Shown: one piece after another, positions 53,157-63,039 of the stretch
Layout of the letters: the number at the start of each line of letters is the position of its first letter
How positions within the stretch are numbered: position 1 is the first letter of the stretch
IMG/VR virus record: IMGVR_UViG_3300007965_000002
Location: 1-64,000 of that record
Origin: a virus
Lineage: Duplodnaviria > Caudoviricetes
DNA length: 64,000 bases
Direction: 5' to 3' (one strand)
Notes under the pieces: generated by a model
What the model saw: only the letters and a program-made list of their open reading frames with translations
Told to the model about the DNA's origin: nothing
Database searches by the model: none
Program-made: the position numbers and the translations under genes

Positions 53157-56100
53157 TTAACTTAGCACCACAAAAAATGGTTATATCTGAGGTACGTGGT
53201 GGTTTTAATAAGCTATATGTATCTCACTCTACCTCTGGAGACTATGATGCTCTAGGTAGAATATTCTGGGTTCAGGAGGACGGCTCTGCGCTGCCTCCTA
53301 CTACCTACAAGTTAGATCCTTTTAGTAATTCAGCCTCTTTAGGTGGATTACTAGCAAATAAAAGTTATACTGTAACAGGTGCATTTTATGATAGTTTTAG
53401 TAATGATGCTACCTTGGATGCTAAAGTACTGATAGAAGTATCCGACCCTTATACAGTAGTAACACAAAGTGGTCCTAGTATAACAGGTATTACTTTTGAA
53501 ACATTAGACGTAGATATTGGTGTAACTATACCTAATCTTAACTTTGCCTTAGTAGGTGCATGTGATGTACTTATAGTAGAGTATAGAGAGGGTACTGCCG
53601 CATGGGAGCGTATTTACTCTGGACCAATGAGTTCTAGTGTTGTTATACCTGCTCCTAAACTAGGTTCTTTAGAGTTTAGAGTTAAAGGTGCATTCTATAA
53701 TGGTGTTGGTGTTATTGAAGAAGGCTCTAACTATGTAGTATGGCCTAATATTGTGGATGTAGGGCTTAACTTTTCTAATCCTAGTACACCAAGTACCCCT
53801 ACAGCTAAAATAGCTAAAATTAATGATTCCTTTGAACGATACGATGTAAAATTAACTTGGAATTGGGTTAAAGGTACGGGTGCAGGATTAAGAGGTTTTG
53901 TTGTTGAATATACATCTACTGCTGATTATGCAATTAATGGTTTCGATAAAGCAAAAACACTAGCTGTTGGTAATACATTATCTACTATTATTACTAATTT
54001 TCCATTTAATATACCACATAAGATTCGCATAGTATCTATGTCTTATGGTGAAGTTAACTATAGAGCCAATTCTGGGATACTAGATTTAACTATTACCAGT
54101 AGCTCTGTATTAGATAATAGCTTTACTAAAGAAACTCTTATTGATATAAACTATAATGGTATTACCGCGTATAGAAATGGCCCACTAGCTAGGATAGTAA
54201 CATTTAAACTAGATGCTAATACAGGTAATGCTGGTTTTGGTACTCCTATTTTTGGTAAGCATCCGATACAGATTGATGGAACCACTGGTGTATTGTCTGT
54301 AGATGGTGGTGTAATAACAAAGAAAATTAATGCGGCTAGTTTCGTACTTACTAACTTTACTGGTACAGATAACCCTGCCCTTTATACTGAGGGTAAGACA
54401 TATGCTAGTGGCGTTTCAGGTATATGGACTGGTTACGATAATACTAGTGGTATTTATAAGTTTGATTTAGGTAACTCTGCTAAGTATATACGCTGGGATG
54501 GATCTAAGTTACTAATATCGGGTCAAGTAGTTATTGGTACTGTTAATGGGGATATTCCACTAGAAGATACTATTGCTAAGCGTTTTGTTTATGTATATAA
54601 GTCTAGTGCCACACAAGAATCTCCTACAGGTAATGCTTATCCACCAGCTGGGTGGTCTACTATACCAGTTGCCCCTGCTAATAGTAATGAAAATGTTTGG
54701 GTATCTCAGGGACTTCTTAACGATGTTACAGGGGTATTACAAACAGGATATAGTTGGAGTGCTAGTATACGTTTTAGTGGTATTAATGGTGTTAATGGTA
54801 TTAATGGGGCTAATGGAGCTAATGGTGTACCTGGCTATAATAACGCTACAGTATTCTTATATAAAAGAAGTGCTAGTACCCCTGCATTACCTACTACTAA
54901 TAGTATCTATACTTTTACTACTAAAACTCTTACAGGATTTGATAATGGGTGGACTATAGGTGTACCTGCAGGTACTGACCCAGTTTATATAATAGCGGCC
55001 ACAGCAAGCTCTGCCTCTAGTTCTGATACTATAGCGAGTAATGAATGGACTTCCCCTACTATATTAGCCTCTGATGGAGCAGATGGTAGTGATGGTGTAA
55101 ATACCGCAGCTATTTTCTTATATAGAAGATCTACTGTAGTACCTACTAAACCTTCAGTATCTACTACGTATACATTTGCTAGCGGTGTACTAACTGGAGC
55201 TAACAATGCTTGGGTTCAAGGAATACCTTCAGGTACTGATCCACTATATGTTACTACGGCAACCGCAGTATCTACTAGTAGTACTGATGTAATTGCTGCG
55301 ACTGAGTGGGCTACTCCGGTAGTTTTAGCACAAAATGGAGACGTAGGCTCTAGGGGCGCGGGTACATTTACTATTGCTACATCTACAGGTGCTTGGAGTG
55401 ATACTACTGCTGCATCTGCTGTTCCAGGTTACCCAGTTCAGGATGATGTAGTTACTATCTATAAAGCAACTGACTTCTCTATAGCTAATACTAAAAGATT
55501 TAATGGATCTAGTTGGGTAACTCCTGGACTTATGGTACATGGAGATATGATAGCATCCGGCTCAGTATTAGGTGATAGGTTTGTAGCTGGTACAGAAATA
55601 AAAGCACCTGTAATTAATGGTGGTACTGTGCAGATGATTGGATCTACTATTATGCGAGTTACTAGTTCTACTCCATTTGGCCCACATAGCCTAATTGAAT
55701 GGACGGGGCCAAGATTAGTTGATGAACTAGGTAATCCTTCGTGGAACTCATTACTAAAGAGTAATGCTATAACCTACTTAACAGCTACTGGTGATGCTTA
55801 CTTTGGTGGTAGTTTAAGTGCTGGTGTTCTTAAATCAGGAGTTACAAACTCTTTAAAGACAGAATACGTACTTAATACATATCCTGTAGAGGTAGGGCCT
55901 TTTGCTACCAATGGTGGGTCTAAGACTGTTGTTGTATCATATTCCCTAGCAGCTAGTAGCAGTACAAGCACTGCGCCAGGTACTCTAACGCAACCGAGCG
56001 TATCTTGGACATTAGAACGTAGCATTGGTGGAGCGGCATTCACAGTGTTGACTTCTGGTACCTTTAGTGGTTCCACTACTTCTAGATCTAATCCCGAAAC

Positions 56101-56269
56101 GGGGCAGTATGATGTTACTGAATTTGTGGATGGTTCTTTAACATTCCCAGATACTTCAGCAGCTACAGGAGACTTTATTTATAGAGTTAAAATAACAGCG
56201 TATACTAGATATCATGTAACTTCTAGTGTACAAGCACAGACATTAACATTAATCTCTACGGAGGGTTAA
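53138..56269 (+). CDS. central straight tail fibre (pb4-like) with an extended C-terminus
   Basis: FnIII N-terminus, RYD, FDLG, collagen-like GXX, internal repeated modules. Confidence 0.8.
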   Translation: MEYNKLINLAPQKMVISEVRGGFNKLYVSHSTSGDYDALGRIFWVQEDGSALPPTTYKLDPFSNSASLGGLLANKSYTVTGAFYDSFSNDATLDAKVLIEVSDPYTVVTQSGPSITGITFETLDVDIGVTIPNLNFALVGACDVLIVEYREGTAAWERIYSGPMSSSVVIPAPKLGSLEFRVKGAFYNGVGVIEEGSNYVVWPNIVDVGLNFSNPSTPSTPTAKIAKINDSFERYDVKLTWNWVKGTGAGLRGFVVEYTSTADYAINGFDKAKTLAVGNTLSTIITNFPFNIPHKIRIVSMSYGEVNYRANSGILDLTITSSSVLDNSFTKETLIDINYNGITAYRNGPLARIVTFKLDANTGNAGFGTPIFGKHPIQIDGTTGVLSVDGGVITKKINAASFVLTNFTGTDNPALYTEGKTYASGVSGIWTGYDNTSGIYKFDLGNSAKYIRWDGSKLLISGQVVIGTVNGDIPLEDTIAKRFVYVYKSSATQESPTGNAYPPAGWSTIPVAPANSNENVWVSQGLLNDVTGVLQTGYSWSASIRFSGINGVNGINGANGANGVPGYNNATVFLYKRSASTPALPTTNSIYTFTTKTLTGFDNGWTIGVPAGTDPVYIIAATASSASSSDTIASNEWTSPTILASDGADGSDGVNTAAIFLYRRSTVVPTKPSVSTTYTFASGVLTGANNAWVQGIPSGTDPLYVTTATAVSTSSTDVIAATEWATPVVLAQNGDVGSRGAGTFTIATSTGAWSDTTAASAVPGYPVQDDVVTIYKATDFSIANTKRFNGSSWVTPGLMVHGDMIASGSVLGDRFVAGTEIKAPVINGGTVQMIGSTIMRVTSSTPFGPHSLIEWTGPRLVDELGNPSWNSLLKSNAITYLTATGDAYFGGSLSAGVLKSGVTNSLKTEYVLNTYPVEVGPFATNGGSKTVVVSYSLAASSSTSTAPGTLTQPSVSWTLERSIGGAAFTVLTSGTFSGSTTSRSNPETGQYDVTEFVDGSLTFPDTSAATGDFIYRVKITAYTRYHVTSSVQAQTLTLISTEG

Positions 56270-56270
56270 T

Positions 56271-56663
56271 ATGGAAAATAATCCAACATTTAATTTATAT
56301 GTAGATTCAGGTATGTTATATGAAATATACCTGGGTCTGGCCAACTTGGTCGAAGACGCCCAAACAGGCCAAACAACAAAGACCCCAATAGACTTATCTG
56401 ACATAGTTAGTTTATCTGGAGATATAAAAAAGAATTATAGTAGTAGTGCTTCATTAGTAGCCTCGTTTAACGTTTCTATTGAGAATGCAACTGCTGGTGA
56501 AATTTTAGTTACTTTACCAGCCTCTGCTAGTGCGAATATAGAGTTAGGACCTGATCCTACATACCTATGGGGTTACTATGATATAGTAGCTACCAATAAC
56601 TTAGGTACTAAAATTAAGATAGTTGGAGGTAAAGTATACCTAAACCAAGTATTAAATAAATGA
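56271..56663 (+). CDS. collar / fibre-anchoring protein (p132-like)
   Basis: Y..G..YDI...K.KI..GKVY; synteny. Confidence 0.7.
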   Translation: MENNPTFNLYVDSGMLYEIYLGLANLVEDAQTGQTTKTPIDLSDIVSLSGDIKKNYSSSASLVASFNVSIENATAGEILVTLPASASANIELGPDPTYLWGYYDIVATNNLGTKIKIVGGKVYLNQVLNK

Positions 56664-56673
56664 GGATAATAAC

Positions 56674-59600
56674 GTGATTATAGTAGAGTTTTTTAAAAGA
56701 GATAGCCAAACTAATGCTGAGACTGGTGTAGGTTCTGTTGTACAAGTACTTACAGCAGGTCTTAGTGGTATTAGTAGATCTGAGCTAGATCAAATTAGAT
56801 CGGATGCATTAGCTAGTGCTAATAGTGCGGCGGCGGAAGCATTAGCTGCAAGTAACTATGCATCAAGCGCTAGTTCCAGTAATACTTCTGCACAGGCGTA
56901 CTCTTTAGCTGCTGCAGCAGAGGCAGATGATGCTGCTGCTAGTGCAGCTAGTGCTTTGGCTTCAGCTAATACTGCTAATACTAAAGCTACTATAGCTACT
57001 AACCAAGCTACTATAGCTACAGATGCTGCCACTACTGCTACTAATGCTACAAATAGTGTTGTACTTATTTCTAATAATATAGATTCAGTAGCATTAGCTG
57101 TTGATGCAGATGCAGCTAGTGCAGCTAGCTCAGCTAGCTCAGCTTTATCTAGTAAGACAGCTGCGGCAGCTAGTGCTGGTACAGCAACTAGCCAAGCTAA
57201 TATAGCTACTACTAAAGCAACTGAAGCAAGCGCCAGTGCTACTTCTGCACTAGCTAGTGCTAATAGCGCAGCAGCTGATAAGGTAGCGGCTGCCGATAGT
57301 GCTATAGCTGCGGCTAGTAGTGCTTCTAGCGCTAATACTAATATTGATACTATTATTGCTGCTAAAGATAGCGCTGAGGCTGCTGCTTTATCTGCCGAAA
57401 ATTCAGATACATCAGCACAACAAGCAGCTACTAATTCTGCTAACTCAGCTACTGCTGCCAGCACTTCAGCTACTTCAGCTAATAGTGCAGCTAGTATAGC
57501 TTCTTCTAGTGCTACTTCTGTATTAAGTGTAGCGGCAAATATACAAGGGCTAGTGGATGAAACGGCTACTAATGCTCTTGCAGCAGCTACTAGTGCTACT
57601 ACTGCTACTAGTAAAGCTACTTCTGCAACTAACTCCGCAACTTCTGCAACTAATAGTGCTGCTAATGCATCTGCTTCTGCTATATCTGCTAGTACTGATG
57701 CAGTTAGAGCAAAAAATGAGGCTGATAGAGCACAGTCTATTGCAGATAGTATGGGTGGAACTGGTGGAGGAACTTGGGGAGGTATCGTAGGTACTTTATC
57801 AGACCAAGCAGATCTTCAATTAGTATTAGACGGTAAGCTAGATGCAGCAGCTAATGCAGTTTCTGCAACTAAGCTAACTACAGCTCGTACAATAAGCTTT
57901 ACAGGTGATGCAACTGGATCTACTACTTTTGATGGTACAGCTAATAAAGCAGTAGCTTTAACTGTAGCAAAAGCAGCTAAATGGACTACTGCTAGAACTC
58001 TTAGTGTAACTGGGGATGCTACTGGTTCTGTTATTATAGATGGTTCAGGTAATATGTCACTGGCTTTAACAGTTGGTGGATTAAGTGCATCTATTCCATT
58101 TAGCCAGATTACTAGTAAACCAACAACCTTAGCTGGTTATGGAATTACTGATGCTGCTACTAGTGGACATACACATACTTTTGCTTCAATTACTGGTAAA
58201 CCAACAACCTTAGCTGGTTATGGAATTACTGATGCTGCTACTAGTAGTCACACACATAGTCCTACTCAAGTTGGGTTAGGTAATGTAGTTAACGTATTAC
58301 AATACTCTGCTAGTAATACCAACATTGGAACAGGTGCTACAAATTATGCAGCAGGGAACCATGACCATAGCTCAATCTCTGGTACATCTGGGTCTTCATT
58401 ATATTTAGTCCGTCAAGATACTCGTACAGAAAATTTACCACCATCGGGTTACTCTGACTCTGGTGTTGGATACCACTTTAAACAAAATACTGCTGATGGA
58501 TTTACTGCGGGTGGGGGGACTTATCACCGAGTACTAAACCTTGACGCTTGGGGTGGCATCTCTGGAGGGTTAAGTGGGCAACTGGCCTTTGGGGACAATG
58601 GGGTGGTCGGCTATCGTGGTTCTGTCTCTGAGGCTACTTGGAGTGGCTGGAAAACCTTTGTTTTCACAGGTGAGAATATTGGGGGTGGGGCTAGTAATTA
58701 TGCTGCGGGGAACCACTCACATAGTCAGTATGTCTTAAACAATGGTTATGATGAAGTTCAAGAACTTACTTTTCAGGGGGGTATTAGTGACCCAAACTTT
58801 ACTAATAATGATTCATCATGTTGGAATAATAATGGTACTGTGCCTTTTAAGATAGTTAGAGGGAATAATGCTGCAGCGATATGGCTTAAAAATGGTGATG
58901 TGAGTAACAGCCGTGAGTTAAATATTCAGTGTGGCCATTCCTCTACGGGATACGCATATATTGGGGGGATTATTAACCTAAACCCTAATGGTGGTACAGT
59001 TATGGCTAATGGTAACCCCCTTTACCATGCCGGTTATAATAATATTGGTAGTGGGGCGACAAACTATGCGGCTGGCAACCACGGCCATTTAAACCAGTAT
59101 ATTGGTAGCCAATATGCTAATGGTTATGCTGGTATACTTGGGCAAGATAACAGTAATGCCACTTGGGTAAGAACTACGACATTAGGTATTCTACCTTACC
59201 AAGCAGGAGGTTATAGTAGTATTGGTACAACTACGTGGCCATTCTCTGCTATTTACTCTACTAATTTTTATGGTACGTTTAAAGGTCATGCTGATACTGC
59301 TACATGGGCGGATACTGTTGATGTTAACTCTAATAATTTATCAGCCTATTGGTATGACGTTGTATGGCATTCTGGAGATACAGTATATTCATCTGCAAAT
59401 GTTGAGATTCAGGGTTCAACTGGGACACTTAGAGCTGCACGTCTACAGGTAGGCACTGCAACTGGTTACTTCTATGGTGATGCAAACTATACCCAATTTA
59501 CAGGTGGTAATATGTACTTCAATACTGGGGTAGGTATTTTCTACAACTATGCTGGTACTACATATCACGGTAATACTTCTGGTTGTGACCAGAACTTTAG

Positions 59601-60678
59601 GGGTAATAACTTATATGGTAATTCTTGGAATATACTTGCGAGTGGTGCAATTAATGTTGCGGGTGGCACGGTAGCCCAAAACGGCTACCTTGAGTTTGCA
59701 GGTAATAGTACTTGGGGTGGAATATTACGCGTAGGCGGCAATGGCCGAACTATTACCACAGCTCTTGGTAGCTCAATAGCTTCGACAAATGGCAACCTCC
59801 ATATTGATTGTGGGACTACGGGGACACTACACCTGAATTATTATAGTGGTAATGGTGGCATAATTTTTGGTAACGGTGCAAATGGAAACGTAGGCAATTT
59901 GAGCAGTTCAGGGAGTTTAACTTTAAGTGGGGCGATAACTGTTGCGGGTAATGTTAACTCCAACGGGGATACCTATTATGGGGATGGTAAAGGGGTTATC
60001 CAGTTTAGTGACAGTTGGTTACGCATTAATCCCCTTAACGCCTTCTCGTCAGGAATATATTGTGGCAGTAGTGTCTTACGAACGGACGGTCAACTTGAGG
60101 TTGGAAGTAATGGCGGGAGTTTTAAAGTTACTTCTACGGGTACCGTAAGTATGGCAGGAGACCTAACTGTAGGTAGTGGAACCGCTAGCAATATTTATAT
60201 GACAGATACAGATAACACTACTAGACGAATACATTGTAACTCCAATCGTATTGGGTTCTTGAACTCGTCAAGTGGGTGGAGCGCGTGGTCTGATAATACT
60301 GGTAATTGGGTGTGTGCTTATACCGTCTATGGTGCTGACTGTATCTCAACCTCAGATATTCGAGTTAAGTCTAATCTAGAATTAATTCAGAATGCTCGTT
60401 GGATGGTTAATCAACTTGATGGTTGGACCTTCGATCGAAGTGATATGGATGGTCGTCGTCATGGTGGTGTGATTGCTCAAAAGGTAGAGGAAGTCTATCC
60501 TGTGGCAATCTTTAAAACTGAAGATGAAGTACTAGGTGAGAAGCTTAATGTCTCATCTACTGCGCTTATCGGCTTATTAGTTGCTGCGTTTAAAGAGCAA
60601 GATGCTGTTATAACTAAACAACAAGCTGAGATAGATAGTATTAAACAGATGCTACTAGACTTGAATATAGGTAGATAA
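56674..60678 (+). CDS. lateral tail fibre with a C-terminal intramolecular chaperone (peptidase S74)
   Basis: Ala/Ser-rich stalk, KPTTLAGYGITDA repeats, SD.R.K.N, G.IAQ.VE.V.P, coiled-coil end. Confidence 0.9.
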   Translation: MIIVEFFKRDSQTNAETGVGSVVQVLTAGLSGISRSELDQIRSDALASANSAAAEALAASNYASSASSSNTSAQAYSLAAAAEADDAAASAASALASANTANTKATIATNQATIATDAATTATNATNSVVLISNNIDSVALAVDADAASAASSASSALSSKTAAAASAGTATSQANIATTKATEASASATSALASANSAAADKVAAADSAIAAASSASSANTNIDTIIAAKDSAEAAALSAENSDTSAQQAATNSANSATAASTSATSANSAASIASSSATSVLSVAANIQGLVDETATNALAAATSATTATSKATSATNSATSATNSAANASASAISASTDAVRAKNEADRAQSIADSMGGTGGGTWGGIVGTLSDQADLQLVLDGKLDAAANAVSATKLTTARTISFTGDATGSTTFDGTANKAVALTVAKAAKWTTARTLSVTGDATGSVIIDGSGNMSLALTVGGLSASIPFSQITSKPTTLAGYGITDAATSGHTHTFASITGKPTTLAGYGITDAATSSHTHSPTQVGLGNVVNVLQYSASNTNIGTGATNYAAGNHDHSSISGTSGSSLYLVRQDTRTENLPPSGYSDSGVGYHFKQNTADGFTAGGGTYHRVLNLDAWGGISGGLSGQLAFGDNGVVGYRGSVSEATWSGWKTFVFTGENIGGGASNYAAGNHSHSQYVLNNGYDEVQELTFQGGISDPNFTNNDSSCWNNNGTVPFKIVRGNNAAAIWLKNGDVSNSRELNIQCGHSSTGYAYIGGIINLNPNGGTVMANGNPLYHAGYNNIGSGATNYAAGNHGHLNQYIGSQYANGYAGILGQDNSNATWVRTTTLGILPYQAGGYSSIGTTTWPFSAIYSTNFYGTFKGHADTATWADTVDVNSNNLSAYWYDVVWHSGDTVYSSANVEIQGSTGTLRAARLQVGTATGYFYGDANYTQFTGGNMYFNTGVGIFYNYAGTTYHGNTSGCDQNFRGNNLYGNSWNILASGAINVAGGTVAQNGYLEFAGNSTWGGILRVGGNGRTITTALGSSIASTNGNLHIDCGTTGTLHLNYYSGNGGIIFGNGANGNVGNLSSSGSLTLSGAITVAGNVNSNGDTYYGDGKGVIQFSDSWLRINPLNAFSSGIYCGSSVLRTDGQLEVGSNGGSFKVTSTGTVSMAGDLTVGSGTASNIYMTDTDNTTRRIHCNSNRIGFLNSSSGWSAWSDNTGNWVCAYTVYGADCISTSDIRVKSNLELIQNARWMVNQLDGWTFDRSDMDGRRHGGVIAQKVEEVYPVAIFKTEDEVLGEKLNVSSTALIGLLVAAFKEQDAVITKQQAEIDSIKQMLLDLNIGR

Positions 60679-60680
60679 CT

Positions 60681-61922
60681 ATGGCTAATCATGCATTTAA
60701 TGTAACAACTGTGAGAAATACAAGTACTGACTATAGTATTTCTATTACTCCTAGTACCAGTTCAGGTAGCCCCTTAACTATTACTGAGGGGGATACGGTT
60801 ACTTTTACTTGGATAAGCTCTGTTGCTGGAGCACCTCCGAGTCAACTTAATTTTGGTAATATATCTACTAATACATTTACAGATGGCTCTTTAGCTACTT
60901 TGTATAGTGTTGGTAGTTCATTTACACGTACAGTAAAGACAGGCGGCACTATTCCTAATGCGGATAGTTGTCGTGTGTCTACTACTGGCTCAGGGTTTTC
61001 ATACTGGTACCTATATCGTGTATCTAGTATTGATACCTTACCCGATAATTTTAGCTTAGGTACTGACATTGTTAACGCTAATCCTTTACAAACTTATTAT
61101 ACAGATATAGTTACTATTACAGGCATTAATACACCAGTAACTGCTTCTGCAAATAATGGTGGTTTGATTAGTAAGAATAACGGTTCCTATGCTTCGTCAC
61201 AGACGATATCTAATGGGGATAAAATACGAGTTAAGATTATATCTAATAGTAGTTATAGTTCCACTAAAGTAACTAGCGTTACAGTAGGTTCTAGAGTAGT
61301 TACTTTTAATGTTACTACTATGGCATCTCCTGCTGCTGGTCAGATTATACCTATAGGTATAACTAGTGGGAATATAAGTATTAGGGATTTATCAGACTTA
61401 TTTGGTAAACCAAGATATGATGTTAACGTACCTCTTAGTAACTACTTAAAGGCTCCTGGAGGAACTAGAGTACCAGATATTAGTCAAAATAGTGCAGTAT
61501 CTAGTTCTCTACCTTTAAGTTTAAGAAGCTTCTTAGGATCTGCTACTTCATTTTATGTATCAACCTATCCAGCTAATAAAATTATATCTTATGATACTAC
61601 GTCACAAGGTGGCACATTCTATTTACGATGGGAAGTAGGTGTTGACTGGTTCCTAGGATTCCATCCTGATGTAATGAATATAGCAGAATATAGATATGTA
61701 GTTACCGAGACAGGTTCTAGTACTGGGGTCTCAGCTTCATCTGCAGTAGCTATAGGAACATGGAGCAATCTTAATAGAGACATACAGATAGGTATAACGG
61801 TACCTTCGTATGTAGAGAGACGTTATCAAGGACAGATTACAATATACGCAAGACACCCAAAAGCACCTACTCAAGTAGTAAGCTGCACAACTAACTACTG
61901 GTTCGAGTTCTACGGACCATAA
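60681..61922 (+). CDS. putative tail-fibre adhesin / accessory tail protein
   Basis: Beta-rich; PDNFSL..., ISIRDL...FG...LSNY...LSLRSFLG motif. Confidence 0.55.
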   Translation: MANHAFNVTTVRNTSTDYSISITPSTSSGSPLTITEGDTVTFTWISSVAGAPPSQLNFGNISTNTFTDGSLATLYSVGSSFTRTVKTGGTIPNADSCRVSTTGSGFSYWYLYRVSSIDTLPDNFSLGTDIVNANPLQTYYTDIVTITGINTPVTASANNGGLISKNNGSYASSQTISNGDKIRVKIISNSSYSSTKVTSVTVGSRVVTFNVTTMASPAAGQIIPIGITSGNISIRDLSDLFGKPRYDVNVPLSNYLKAPGGTRVPDISQNSAVSSSLPLSLRSFLGSATSFYVSTYPANKIISYDTTSQGGTFYLRWEVGVDWFLGFHPDVMNIAEYRYVVTETGSSTGVSASSAVAIGTWSNLNRDIQIGITVPSYVERRYQGQITIYARHPKAPTQVVSCTTNYWFEFYGP

Positions 61923-61943
61923 TAAATTATCGAAGGAGATAAT

Positions 61944-62321
61944 ATGTTTACAATTAAATTTAGAGATCCACAAGGCACTGTATATAATAACGCAGTTGTA
62001 ACAGTTAAAACTATTAATGAGAATACTAATACATCATCTAGTAATATACTAGATACTAGTGATTTATTAAACCCTACGTACAATGGTACTACGTCTAATA
62101 ATAGAAATATTAACTATACTGCTGTATACTGGCCTGACCAAGCTAGTTATGATTCTGGACTAGTTCCTTATATACTATATAATTATAATAGTATGGGTAT
62201 ATACGGTGATCCTACCTTTAACGTACCTATGCTTTCTGAGTATGATGGTTTACCTGCACTAGATATCTGTGAGTTACACTTAAATAGTGAAGTACTTGAT
62301 ACTAACTTTCCTGTAGCTTAG
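61944..62321 (+). CDS. hypothetical late protein
   Basis: GGAG RBS; last gene before the bidirectional terminator. Confidence 0.6.
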   Translation: MFTIKFRDPQGTVYNNAVVTVKTINENTNTSSSNILDTSDLLNPTYNGTTSNNRNINYTAVYWPDQASYDSGLVPYILYNYNSMGIYGDPTFNVPMLSEYDGLPALDICELHLNSEVLDTNFPVA

Positions 62322-62326
62322 GCAAT

Positions 62327-62360
62327 AAAAAACCCCATAACTATTTAGTTATGGGGTTTT
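62327..62360. terminator. bidirectional terminator
   Basis: AAAAAACCCCATAACT-AT-TTAGTTATGGGGTTTT between convergent genes. Confidence 0.8.
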
Positions 62361-62363
62361 CTT

Positions 62364-62579
62364 TTATCCCTCTGAGGGAATATACTCGGCCTGTGTAAGT
62401 GCCTTTAATCTAGTTACTTCATCCACTAACATATTAGGTGTTATATTACCTTCTTCATTAGCTTGAAGCTGTAATACATTTACAATTGCTTGTAAAATAC
62501 CACTAAGTTCTGCTATTTGCTCGCCCTTATCAAATAAGTTAGCTTTAAGTTTAGTAATTGTTTCGTCTTTGTCTTGCAT
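62364..62579 (-). CDS. hypothetical protein
   Basis: GGAG RBS. Confidence 0.6.
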   Translation of the reverse strand: MQDKDETITKLKANLFDKGEQIAELSGILQAIVNVLQLQANEEGNITPNMLVDEVTRLKALTQAEYIPSEG

Positions 62580-62595
62580 AATAATCTCCTATTAT

Positions 62596-63039
62596 TTATT
62601 TTAGTTTAATGTCACAACCGGAACTACCAAACCCGCCCGCTCCGCGGTCAGTATTGGTTAACTCGGTTACAAGGTTGAATTTTGGGGATAAATGAGGTAC
62701 TACTATTAGTTGGCACACTCTATCTCCTTTATACATGGTAATATTTTTTGTCCCTATATTACGTAGTTTAACTTGAATCTCTCCACGATAATCAGAATCA
62801 ATAACTCCTATTGTATTTTTAAGTACAATGTGTAGTCCTTCATACTTACCCATACTCGATCGTGGAGCTACAATGCCTACCGTATTCTTTGGTAATTCTA
62901 CAGAAACCCCTGTCCCAAAGCTTATCTCTTTACCTGGCTCTAGGCAGAAGTCTACTGAAGTCTTTAAGTCCATACCAGCAGCATCTTCGCTGCCAATAAC
63001 TGGAACTAATTCTTTATCTATGCATACTATATTTATCAC
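62596..63039 (-). CDS. dut: dUTPase (trimeric)
   Basis: AGMDL, PRSS.G, GVIDSDYRGEI, GDRVCQ, RGAGGFGSSG. Confidence 0.95.
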   Translation of the reverse strand: MINIVCIDKELVPVIGSEDAAGMDLKTSVDFCLEPGKEISFGTGVSVELPKNTVGIVAPRSSMGKYEGLHIVLKNTIGVIDSDYRGEIQVKLRNIGTKNITMYKGDRVCQLIVVPHLSPKFNLVTELTNTDRGAGGFGSSGCDIKLK

